Positions 52,625 through 64,000 of a DNA stretch of 64,000 bases are shown here, one piece after another. Below the pieces are notes generated by a model. The model saw only the letters and a list, made by a program, of their open reading frames with translations, searched no databases and was not told the DNA's origin. Origin of the DNA: Octopus sinensis (lineage: Eukaryota); assembly GCF_006345805.1 (NCBI RefSeq), contig NC_042997.1, positions 58,838,001-58,902,000 of the forward strand. Reading direction: 5' to 3'. How positions within the stretch are numbered: position 1 is the first letter of the stretch; every line of letters begins with the position of its first letter. The position numbers and the translations under genes are program-made.

Positions 52625-52815
52625 TGTATGTATGTATTATGTATGTATGTATGTATATATAAGGTGAAACCGCTGTCTGTTGTCTGACATTGAACCTTAC
52701 ACCCACATATTAACAATGATGTTTTCCTTCTCGTTCTCTGACGCTCCCTTCTCTTCCCTCTTTCTCTTTCTCTCCATCTCTCCCTCTATATCTCTCCCTA
52801 TCCCTCTCCCTCTCC

Positions 52816-52863
<48 letters not shown>

Positions 52864-53124
52864 ACCTTATTATTTTACTTCTACTATCAGTTTAGCTCTA
52901 TATCTCTCTATATGAGAAAGTTTCATATTTTTTGCACATTTTAAAGATTTTGTTAGCTTTTTCTGTCACGTTCTAACAATATTACTAGGAGAACATCTAT
53001 ATCATTTGTATCTATTGGAGAATCTCCCAATCTATACTACCAAAAATTACCAATATTTATCAATATTTCTTAGAATCAAGCTATTGGAATTTTATTCGCG
53101 GTTCCAAACACTTGCCTGTTTGTA

Positions 53125-53690
53125 TTGGGTTGTCCGGAAAGTTCGTGCCGATTTTTAAAGGAAAGAAGAAGGTCAATAAATACTTGCCATTACATTTTAA
53201 TCAACCAAATATGAACCATTTTGTTGCACAATGCGTCTCCATCTTTCCTTTAACTTGGAAATACCCTCTTCCCAGAATTGAGGTAGTTTTATGGCAAAGA
53301 ATTCATCAAGGTATCTTTTTAGCGTCATCCAAGGAATTGAGATTTTTACCATTAAGACTATTCTGCAGAGACCTCAATAAGTGGAAATCCGAAGGAGCAA
53401 TATCTGGTGAATATGGAGGCTGAGGTAACACATCCCAGCCGAGCTGCAGCAATTTTTGCCTGGTTCCCAAAGCATCAAGTGCCGAAAATGAACTTTTTTA
53501 TCTTCCATTTTAAAGGGTTACAGAATTAACACAGGTTATAGGAACATAAACCTTTTTCCACGAAAAGATAGCCTAAACTGTGCTCTAAATGGAGATGTAG
53601 TCAAATCCTATTTTATGGACTCAACCATATTCTAAAATAAGTCTAATGGTAAGCTACTATAAATCGGCACGAACTTTCCAGACAACCCAA
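53125..53690 (-). mobile_element. Internally deleted mariner element (566 bp)
   Basis: 30-bp TIRs ttgggttgtccggaaagttcgtgccgattt with one mismatch; TA TSD; MEDKKVHFRHLMLWE joined to RQKLLQLGWDVLPQPPYSPDIAPSDFHLLRSLQN...WRRIVQQNGSYLVD*. Confidence 0.93.
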
Positions 53691-53711
53691 TAATATATAT
53701 TCTTGCATTAT

Positions 53712-53972
53712 TTTACTTCCTTGGTTCATTGGACTGCGGCCATGCTGGGTCACCGCTTTGAAAGGTCTTCTAAAATATATTGGCACTAGTACTGACATAT
53801 TCTTTATGTCTGGTACTTATTCTATCGACGTCTTTTACGAAGCGCTTCTTATCGGTGATGTAAACAAACCAATACCGTTGTCAAACGGTGAGACCTGAAG
53901 CACAAACACGTACATAGATGCATGGACACACATACATATACGCACATATGTATGTATATATAATATATATAT

Positions 53973-54061
<89 letters not shown>

Positions 54062-54345
54062 GCGCAGGCGTAGCTGTGTAGTAAGAAGTTTGCTTCCCAA
54101 CCACACGGTTTAGGTTCAGTTCCACTGCGTGGTAACTTGGGCAAGTGTCTTCTACTAAAGCCTCGGGCCTACCAAAGTCTTAGGGATGATTTCTTCGACT
54201 AAACCCTTTAAATCGGTGCTCCAGCATGGCCTCGGTCAAAAATGACTGAAACAAGTAAAAGAATAAAACAATATATATATGATGGGCTTCCAAACAGTTT
54301 CCGTCAACCAAATACCCTCACATGGCATAGTAGGCTATAGTAGAA
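53712..54345. mobile_element. Minus-strand family A SINE split by a plus-strand family A copy (54062-54268)
   Basis: 3' half (-) 53712-53920, (AT)n, plus-strand copy, then 5' part (-) 54280-54345. Confidence 0.78.
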
Positions 54346-55256
54346 GGCTCAAAACGAACATCTCACCCATATAGCCATACCAATGCCTAAAGAAGAATCT
54401 ATCCTCGAACAGAAATAATACTTCCTTCAGCGACCCCGATAGGATGAAATTCAAAGTTGACGTCGGTATGGTTTTCATTCAGAGAGTAGAGAACTGGAAT
54501 GATTATTGCAAGGCAATTTCTCTGATATTCAAAGGATTCAGTCACAAAGTCTATTCTTTGTTATCTTAAATAGCTTTTGTTTTAATGATAATATAATTGA
54601 TATTCATATTTGATGGTTCCTATTTTGAATGTGCTAATTGTTTTGCTCATGTAAGATTTCGATGAAATAAGGCGGCGATTGTCGCGGGGAAAGAAAGCTG
54701 GGAGAAGAAAAAGAAGACCACAGAACAGTATGACAACATTCGAACATTCCAAATATAAAAAATAAATAATATCAAGTGAAACAGGCGGAGTTCTCTGTCC
54801 TAGAGAAACTAATCGGTTTCGAACTATAGAAAGGAGACGAAGATTATCGGAATTGAAGAAAAGTATTGTAAAATGACAACAAATTATGAACAAATGTAAA
54901 AGCCGAGGTAGAACAAAAACCTGAAAGAAACCAAATGAAAAGCAAGAAAAACAAGAGAAACAAGAAAAAAAGAAAGAAGTCGAACAACTCAAAAGACTAC
55001 AAAAAGAAAATGCAAAAGAAGAGCAAGAAAATAGGTTAATTGCCAGAGATAGCTACAGAGTTTTAATTGCGTAAGAAAGAGAAAAAATACACATATCAAC
55101 AAAAAATAAATAAATACAAATATTCAAATTAGAAGAAATGCAAGCGTTCAGACTAATATTTTTCGAGAGAATTTACTACGTCATTCATAGGTGCCTATTG
55201 CTTGCAAATCTTGTCGTGTCAAACTCGAGATTGTGATTTCAAAATCCGCTGAAGAA

Positions 55257-55484
55257 GGTGGCGAGATGGCAGAATCCGAAGGCGGCGAGTTAGCACACAA
55301 AATGCTTAGCGGCATTTCTTCCGGTTTTATTTTTTGAGTTCAAATTTCGCCGAAGTCGACTTTATCTGTCATCTTTTTGGGGGTCGATAAAATAAATACC
55401 AGTTGAGTACTGGGGTTGATGTAAATGACAAGCCACTTTCTTTCACAGTTTAAACCTTGTGCTAATAGTAGAAAGAAAACTATT
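55257..55484 (+). mobile_element. tRNA-SINE family B with duplicated head
   Basis: gaaggtggcgagatggcagaatccgaaggcggcgagttagc...gagttcaaatttcgccgaagtcgacttt. Confidence 0.82.
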
Positions 55485-55846
55485 ACCTGTCGATGGAGAA
55501 ACGTGCATTTTTCCTGCTTTGCTGGTTGTTCTGATGTCTGACGCTCCAGAAGATGAACCGTATTGTTTCCCATTCTTGGCCAAATCTATCTTTGCACCAA
55601 CAATATGCATCCTATTGAAGAAGAATCTTGACAATTCACCCCACTTTACGTTGTTGATTCGAAAAATGGCCACTGATATTAGATTAGAGATCCAGGCTTA
55701 AAGTGTCTCTGAAATTACGACCACTTTAAAACTGATCATCAGAGAAAAGTGTGTTTATTTATGAAATATAGGAAGTTGAAAGCGTAGAAGCACAGTAGGC
55801 AACCGAATCGTGATATTCTTTCACCACTAATCATTAAAATATTGAA

Positions 55847-56050
55847 TTCAAATTTCGGCACTAGGCCAGCAATTTCGGAGAATGAGGTAAGTGGGGGAGA
55901 TCGACCCCAGTATTCAACTGGTACTTATTTTATAGACCCCGAAAGGATGAAAGGATGAAAGGTGGAATTTGAATTTAGAACGTAAAGACGGACGAAATGC
56001 TGCTAAGCATTTTGCCCGGTGTGGCAACGATTCTAACACTTCGCCATCTT
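55847..56050 (-). mobile_element. tRNA-SINE family B
   Basis: Reverse complement core; flanked by a repeated actaatcattaaaatat (TSD-like). Confidence 0.85.
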
Positions 56051-56527
56051 ACTAATCATTAAAATATCAAAGAGGGCCCGAAACAGTGACATTATAACCC
56101 CTACCACTGAAGACGTTATAGCAATATTAAGTGGCAATAATTTTTAAGATAGTACGCTGACCCCACTTTTGAATGTAACTTTCGTATTTATTCTTGAAAT
56201 CAAGGAACTCTTCTTATCAATTTGAACATACATCGCCCTAATCTTAACCCAATGAAATACAGGATAGCGACCAACATTGAGCATTAACCTAACAAAATCA
56301 AATGTACCAATATTGGTATTTCAAGATTGCCCAAGAAAGACTAAAACAAGAAATCTATTTCTGTGTGGTAAAAAATTATTTCAGCAATGGGTTGTTGACT
56401 ATCTTTTTCAACGTGAGAAAATAATTTGGATTATATAAAATATTAGCTAGGACGTCTCAGAATCCAATAGGGTCAAAGACTTACCGATTATTTAACTTCT
56501 TTTGCTGTGGATATAGAAAGAGCAATA

Positions 56528-56861
56528 CACAGCTCTGTATTGAGAGCTGTTCGTCAGCATCGGGATTTGTATTTGAGACCGAAGACGAGGTTATTACAGT
56601 TCAGGGTAAGGTATTTGTAATTTAGGTGGTGGTAAACTATCTCTCCGGTGACTGGTTTAAATCTATTCACTATATTCTGTATGGAATATAAAGGCCCATT
56701 TGTGTGTTCATTATAAAGGACATCCATACTTTTATACATAATATAGCAGATAAATTTAAACATTCAACTTCAAGATAATAATATCATTGCCTATATTAAG
56801 ATGCGGCCTCCTTACCTCCGTTATGGTGTGGATGCTAAACGGTTCCCAATACAGAGCTGTG
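56528..56861. mobile_element. 334-bp MITE with CAC...GTG termini
   Basis: Perfect 15-bp TIR cacagctctgtattg / caatacagagctgtg, extending imperfectly to about 34 bp. Confidence 0.7.
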
Positions 56862-56949
56862 AAAATGAACGCACATCATCAATAGTTAAATTTTATGTAC
56901 ATTTTCTCAAATAAATGTGCGTTGTGTGTGTATGTAATGTGTGTGTGTG

Positions 56950-57028
<79 letters not shown>

Positions 57029-59149
57029 TTCTTACTGAATTTTAGGAATGTTTTGCTTATTTTCGATGTCCCACATACAAATTATATTTACAGTACTTCT
57101 TAGCAGGTCATCTTTTGCCGGAAGCCACCAGCCTCATCGAGATTACTACTTCGACAGTTAGTAATAAAATTCTTGTATAATGATATATTATACCAACACT
57201 TGGAAAACAGTGTAAGGACTCGCCAATGGCAGTTGACAGCAGACATGTTTGATGTCGATATTCTTAGAATACGCGTGTTGCAATATAGCATGTTTTAATT
57301 CGTTAATGATAGTCGGAAAATCATCCAGAAGACTATAACTGTTGATATTGGTAAAGAAATCAATGACAAGATCTCACTTGTAAATCTTGATTTTTAATTT
57401 TCTTTTAATTTTCTTTTCGTTAACCACTGACAGCGTTCTGTGATGTCTTCTTTGAGTAGGACATTTGGTTTTTGCTTTATGAACTAGACGTAATATACAG
57501 AGTAACTTCGAGTAAATTTAACAAAAGTTTATACACATGGAGTTAAATTAGTGAAAGATATATTTGGTGATATCTTTAAACAAGCAAAATTTGACAAACC
57601 TAAAGGAGCCTTCATGCCAATAAATTTAAATTATAGATAAGCACTGCCATGTTGCTACACCTCGGGAGAAAAGCAATTTATTGCCAAAGTTCGAGGCATG
57701 AAGATTTGTTGACGCCCTTTATTCCACATGGTATTAAAGCAACGATGAAGGGTGTTATGACTGGTAAATCTGTCCCAATATTAAATCTGAGCAGAGACTG
57801 AACTTAACCAATAGTGACTGCTTTTTGTACACATTTCGCTGAAATAATATCATCATTGCGTATTCGGAATCTAATCTGCATAAATGCTATCACAGGATTT
57901 TCTCTCAGTCCTATAATGATTAAACTATTCTGCAGAAAAATATTAGCTTGGATAAATGTGGTTCTCAATTAAACTGTCAACTACAGATTGCATTCATTAA
58001 TAGTTAATTACAACGTTAATGAGTGCATGATACATAGGATGCTCCAATAAATCAGACCTTAACGAAGATGAAATTCAGACATTGGTTTCCAGGTTTAATT
58101 AAAAAATAAAATGAGTTTAAAGAAATAATTTAGATGTACCAATGGCATTAAATTGGATAATTAAAATAAAGTGATATAATAAATGTTGAACGCGAAAATC
58201 TTTAATCAACTGAAATGCCCCTCTAAGTTGGAGAAGGAACGTATAAGCCTACGAGTAATACATTTTTCGAGCAAATTCTTATTTTTAGCGAAAACACGAT
58301 CTAATATTTGATTGCAGACAGAGGACAACTCTGGACGTATTTCAATCTCTTAGACCTCATGGGCAGTTTACAGTCTAATGTTTTACTAATCAGCAAACAG
58401 CCTTTCGACCGATGTTCTGCAATAATAGAACTGTGCAACTTTCCTGAATTGGTATCCCTGATCATCAATTAATGAATACTTTTCCGATAAATTCCATTTT
58501 AACTCTCTTGATATTGCTATTTATCTCATGTATACATGCAAGTTGATATTAAACGGTTTGTAGATGTGAGCTAAGGGATATCATGTAATATCTAAAAGTT
58601 GCTTAAATCGATGTTAATGATCTACCACTATGTATTTATTTGGGCTACAAACTGACAATATCACTATTAATAGGATCATTTCTGGTTGTGATTTATATGT
58701 TTAAACGCCATTAAACTGGATATTTTCTAGCATCGAGTCGAATACATTAAATGTTGGTATAAGTAGTGACAGAAAAACACAGTGACAACATATTTTATTG
58801 TAATTAGAGAACTGTACAGGCCAGAAACTCATCCTTTGATAGTAAAACATACTTCCTTCCCCACTGTACTAAAAAAATACTATTACAGTGAAAGTATATA
58901 TATGTATATTTTTGTGTACGTGTGTATGTATACACAACGCACATACACATACACATATATATATATACATACGTATATAAATATATACATATATATATAT
59001 ACATACATATGTGTGTGTGTATATGTGTATGTGTGTGTGTTTGTGTGTGTGTAGTTTCATGTAGACTAATTATTTCTGTCCACATCATTAAATTGTTTAG
59101 TAAGTCACATTGTTAAAGAGTTCTAAAAGGAATGACAGTGTATTATATA

Positions 59150-59647
59150 TGATTGTTACTGGCTAGAAAACTATGGGGGCGTAAACACACTGACACTGAT
59201 TGCAAAGTTGTAGTGGCGGACAAACAGGCTCAAAAACACACGTATATACATATACATACCATACATGCATACATATGCATCCATGTATACACACACACAT
59301 ACAAACACACACATACAAACACACACACACACACACAACTTTCAGTTTCCTTCCACCTAATTTACTCACGAGATTTTGGCCAGCCTGAGGCTGTAGTAGA
59401 AGACACTTGCTCAAGGTAACATGCAGTGGGACTGAACCCAAAACCATGTGGCTGGGAAGCAAGCTTCTTACCACACAGCCACGTCTGCATGTTTGTTTTG
59501 TGAATATATTGGTCACTACATTGGCAAGTACGTTTCAGTGATAAGAACAAAATAAGACTTAAACGTGCTTGGGGTAACACGCAGTGGGACTGAACCTAAA
59601 CCCATGTGGTTGGGAAGCAAACTTCTTACCACACAGCTACGCCTGCG
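59150..59647 (-). mobile_element. Family A SINE (59150-59486) plus an extra head fragment (59578-59647)
   Basis: Reverse complement family motifs. Confidence 0.8.
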
Positions 59648-59677
59648 TTTATGTATTATTATTATTATAATTATTGG

Positions 59678-60222
59678 GAGAGCAGCGCATCCCATCAAAG
59701 TGACACTGGGGCACAAACATACGAAGCCTAATATACCCATCGTGACAACCCGTCTGGTAAGGATACACCAGGCACATGCATCACGACCATATGTGCGCGA
59801 CATGGTGATCTTATGTCAAGATAAACAGCACATGACCTTGCAGGTGGCGCCCAGTTAGAATTTCCATGAGTTTAAGTACCCCATCCCGCTCAAAAGGTCC
59901 TTGAATAAGGCTTGTTTAAGGAGGATGAACAAAACACCCATGTTTCCAGAGGTGAAATATTCAAACCCCAAAAAATTCCTCTCAACACATGGCTATGATG
60001 CTCCCACTACTTCTGCTCATGATCAGTGATGCACATATCGTCAGCCACTAAGGGACATGCTCAACAGGTTAAGGTCAAGCAACTGACAAGCAAATCTGTG
60101 GTACTGAGCAGAATATTTGCTGTAGACCATCTTTTATACCAAGACAAAGCAATGTACATGATAACACTTCCAATCAGTTAAAATTAGAAACCATGAGAGC
60201 CACTGCCTGGTACCGTATCAGG
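59678..60222 (+). repeat. Unclassified dispersed repeat (family D), longest copy
   Basis: Shares both ends with 61208-61552; lies between (ATT)n-type tracts. Confidence 0.82.
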
Positions 60223-60348
60223 TATCCTCCTCCTCCTCATCATCATCATCATTATTATTATTACTATTATTATTATTGTTGTTGTTGTTGTTGTTGCTGC
60301 TGCTGCTGCTGCTGTTGCTATTATTATTATTGTTGTTGTTGTTGTTGC

Positions 60349-60378
<30 letters not shown>

Positions 60379-60379
<1 letters not shown>

Positions 60380-60480
60380 GCCTTTGCACAGCTTCTAACG
60401 CTGGAGATTTACTACAGTGTCAGCTGTTCACTACCGGTGAACTAAGGTAACACCTCTTATTTTTCGAGCACCTTCCGGAG
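60379..60480 (-). mobile_element. R4/Dong-type retrotransposon 3' end
   Basis: Minus strand LRKVLEK*, then an approximately 80-nt UTR and an (AAT)n tail. Confidence 0.65.
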
Positions 60481-60481
60481 T

Positions 60482-60640
60482 ATTAACGCGGAAAAATCAG
60501 CAACTCGGCACCTGAAAAGGCAAGTCCATCCCGTCCAACAACGTCATGGGGCGCTGGACAGACGGTCCGGTTAAATTGCTCGGGATCTGGTTCGGTCCAG
60601 ACCTCCAAGTGGAGAAAAACTGAGACGAGGTAACTAACAA
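60482..60640 (+). mobile_element. L1/Tx1-clade RT fragment
   Basis: INAEKS...LGT*KGKSIPSNNVMGRWTDGPVKLLGIWFGPDLQVEKN*DEV. Confidence 0.7.
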
Positions 60641-61165
60641 GATCGTTAGCACACTGGGCGAAACGCTTAGCGGCATTTCGTCTGCTGCTACGGTCTGAGT
60701 TCAAATTCCGCTGAGGTCGACTTTGCTTTTCATCCTTTCGGGATCAATTAAATAAGTACCAGTTACGCACTGGGGTCGATATAATCAACTTAATCCGTTT
60801 GTCTGTCCTTGTTTGTCCTCTCTGTGTTTAGCCCCTTGTGGATAGTAAAGAAATAGATATTTCGTCTGCTGCTACGTTCTGAGTTCAAATTCCGCGAGGT
60901 CGACTTTGCTTTTCATCCTTTCGGGGTCGATTAAATAAGTACCAGTTACGCACTGGGTTCGATATAATCGACTTAATCACTTTGTCTGTCCTTGCTTGTC
61001 TCCTCTATGTTTAGCCCCCCTGTGGGCAATAAAGAAATAAGTATTTAGCTGCATTTCGGTCGTCACTACATTCTGAGTTCAAATTCCGTCGAGGTCGACT
61101 TTGCCTTTCATCCTTTCTGGGTCGGGAAATTAAGTACCAGTGAAACACTGGTGTAGATGTAATCG
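60641..61165 (+). mobile_element. Family B SINE body in three tandem copies
   Basis: tctgagttcaaattccg...ggtcgactttgc occurs three times at about 183-196 bp spacing. Confidence 0.9.
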
Positions 61166-61207
61166 AAAATTTGAAACCATTATTATTTTTATTATTATTA
61201 TTGAGTG

Positions 61208-61552
61208 AGAGAGCAGTGCATGGCGTCAAAGTAACACTGGAGTAAAGTATACGAAACCCATTTGAACGAAACACTCATGTTTCTAAAGGTGAATTATCCA
61301 AACCCCAAAGAATTCCTCTCAGCACATGGCTTTGATACTCCCCCACTAATTTTGCACGTGATCAGATATGCACATATCATCGGCCACTAAGGGACATGCT
61401 CAACTGGTTAAGGTCAAACAACTGACAAGAAAATCTGTGGTATTGAGCAGAATATTTGCTGTAGCCCATCTTTATATACCAAGACAAAACAATGTACGTG
61501 ATTACACTTCCAATCTGTTAGGATCAGAAGCCATCCAGAGCCACTCCTTGGT
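61208..61552 (+). repeat. Family D repeat, internally deleted
   Basis: Matches the start and the 3' part of 59678-60222. Confidence 0.82.
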
Positions 61553-61554
61553 AC

Positions 61555-61775
61555 GGCGGCGAGATGGTAGAAGCGTTAGCACGCCGGATGAAATGCTTAG
61601 CGGTACTTCGCACGTCGCTACGTACTGAATTCAAATTCCGTCGAGGTCGACTTTATCTTTCATCGTTTCGATGCCGATAAATTAACTACCAGTCAAGTAC
61701 TGAGGTCGATGCAATCGACTATCCCCCTCCCAGAAAATTTCAGGCCTTGTGTCTGTAGCAGAAAGGATTATTATT
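61555..61775 (+). mobile_element. tRNA-SINE family B
   Basis: Head, core and (att)n tail. Confidence 0.87.
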
Positions 61776-61788
61776 ATTATTATTATTA

Positions 61789-61822
<34 letters not shown>

Positions 61823-62324
61823 TATTATTATTATTATTATTATTGGCTTTTTTTTTAGAGAAAAGGAGAATTCTGTGATCTTCGTGATATTTTTCAGTGA
61901 CATTTATCATGTAAGTGATTTAAGTGAATATCTGGTAATCGATATCATGTCACAAATACTTTATCTATTGGTCCACGACGTTCGTTCAATAGATAAGTAG
62001 TCAGCTACCTACAAACCACCTCATTTTATACGACTTACTACTTTTATTGAATATGTGACGTTGCATAGAAAATACTCTGTTTTCCGAGTCTATCTTTGCT
62101 TGGTGTGCATTATAATTCAGAAATGAAGAGTAAAGCAAAAGTTTTTTTTTCTTTTCCGTTCTTTTTTCTTTTTCTTTTATATCTTGCAGTGACTCCAATG
62201 AATCAATGTTATATAGAAATACAAATAAGCAAGAGACGTTCCTTCACTTGGTGAAAAATGCAAGTTTGTCCAGGTGCGAGATTTTAAGCAATATTTGTTT
62301 TCGCATTTCTAATTGAACGAAGCA

Positions 62325-62545
62325 GCAATGTATGGCTTGGTGGTTAAGGGTATTGGACTCATGATCGTAAGGCTGTGGTTTCGATTCCTGGACCAGGACA
62401 TGCATTGTGTTCTATAGCAAAACATGTCATTTCACGTTGCTCCAGTTCACTCTTCTGGTAAAAAATATGTAAACTAGCGATAGACTAGCCTCCAATCTAA
62501 GGAGGAATATATATGCCAGAGAAACCAGGAAACCAACCCTATGCT
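62325..62545 (+). mobile_element. Older family C-related SINE
   Basis: tggcttggtggttaaggg...ggtttcgattcctggacc...ttcacgttgctccagttcactc. Confidence 0.75.
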
Positions 62546-62685
62546 CTTACGGAGTAATGTGGACAAAACACTACCATCTCACCCCTCTTATAAAAGGATA
62601 GGACATATTAAATCAGTGGAGATGCTGTAAGGATTGAAAAAGAGCAGACATACTGAATTCCATGTTTAATAAGACTGGAATGATT

Positions 62686-62945
62686 TACTCTTTTACTCTC
62701 TTTACTCTTTTACTTGTTTCAGTCATTTGACTGTGGTCATGCTGGAGCACCGCCTTTAGTCGAGCAAATCAACGCCATGACTTATTCTTGGTAAGCCTAG
62801 TACTTATACTATCGGTCTTTTTTGTCGAACCGCTAAGTTACGGGGACGTAAGCACGCGAGCATCGGTTTGTCAAGCGATTTTGGGGGACAAACACAAACA
62901 TAAACGTATACACACACACACACATACACACACACACACACACCC

Positions 62946-63035
<90 letters not shown>

Positions 63036-63231
63036 CATATACACGACTGGCTATTGTAGAATACATTTGCTTCTTTCAGTTTCCGTCTATCAATTCTAAT
63101 CACAAGGCTTTGGTCAGCCTGAAGCTATAGTAGATGACAAGACACTTGGCCAAAGTGCCACGCAGTGGGACTGAACCCAGAACCATGTGGTTCGTAAGCA
63201 AGCTACTTACCACACAGCCTCTTCTACGCCT
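62686..63231 (-). mobile_element. tRNA-SINE family A, full length with expanded internal microsatellite
   Basis: Tail (tactcttt)n, 3' half, (CA)/(AT) tract and 5' half. Confidence 0.9.
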
Positions 63232-63249
63232 ATGGTTCAAATTTCATCA

Positions 63250-63452
63250 AAATCCGAAGCATATGAATTTTCACGGGATGTTCTGACTCCCTTTATGTCA
63301 CCTCAAAATTGTATGAAACATACGGCATTACCTTTCTCCCTAGGCTTGGATTTTGTGTTCCAAATTTCATTAGGATCGGTGCAGTAGTTTCGAGTCTTTT
63401 AGTAGCACACGCAAACGAACACACATAAAGACATTGTCTTTTATATAATAGA
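63250..63452 (-). mobile_element. Helitron-like 5' end fragment
   Basis: Minus strand starts A|TCtattatataaaag and contains ccgatcctaatgaaatttgg, similar in style to the start of 3669-4746. Confidence 0.5.
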
Positions 63453-64000
63453 TGTTTCTATCTACTTATCTATCTGCTTGTCTGTCTATCTCCTACATCC
63501 CCTATAATGGAATACCTTTAATCCTGGGTCTGCTTGATCAGTGTTGATCAGATGATAAACATCAACATCAACGAAGACTGCGTGTTATTTGGTGTTTTGT
63601 GTAATATATAGTGAAGAGTTTGGCTATTCTAGTAGAAATGGTACAGTCTATAATGTATCTGGTGTATTGTTACTGTTCGATTATTGTTGTTGCTTAAACC
63701 TATAATCCAGAAGACACACGACCAAAAGCGATTCATCTGTGACCACCCCATCTTTCATTCAGATGCTGTAGAACTCGAACCACATTAGCCACGTTTGCTT
63801 TTAAGTGTAAGATGTTATTTGTAGGAGATTTGGCAACTGTGTATTGCAGATGAAACTACGACATATATGTAAGCTCCCTTTACTTGATTTCAGTCAAATA
63901 TGGTGTCTATGATGCTCTATGTGTATTTACTTTCTTGACTGTGTGTTGTATTTTGTGATACAGCTTTCTTTCATCAATGGATATATCATGTGTTGGACGA

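Noticed and set aside
60641-61165. Regularly spaced repeats as a CRISPR-like array
   Set aside because: The units are whole SINE bodies without unique spacers, in a eukaryotic context.

Overview
AT-rich animal genomic DNA, dense in microsatellites and transposon remnants. The SINE families and repeat landscape point to a cephalopod, most likely Octopus (inference). No intact host protein-coding gene is recognisable, and nearly all ORFs in the supplied track are microsatellite or SINE read-throughs. The window holds about 35 copies or fragments of three tRNA-derived SINE families. It also holds three CMC-Chapaev3-like DNA transposon fossils; the one at 26346-30410 keeps both ends and carries a nested, internally deleted Gypsy-type LTR element and a templated local duplication. 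Other remnants are two mariners, Helitron-like elements, an 806-bp foldback element with telomere-like repeats, and fragments of Penelope, RTE, R4/Dong and L1/Tx1 retroelements. The most notable signals are (i) several minimal type-I hammerhead ribozyme motifs, three inside inverted-repeat hairpins and one of these also within a 363-bp direct-repeat unit resembling a retrozyme, and (ii) an intronless beta-tubulin N-terminal fragment forming a 40-codon MREI micro-ORF that the ORF track missed.
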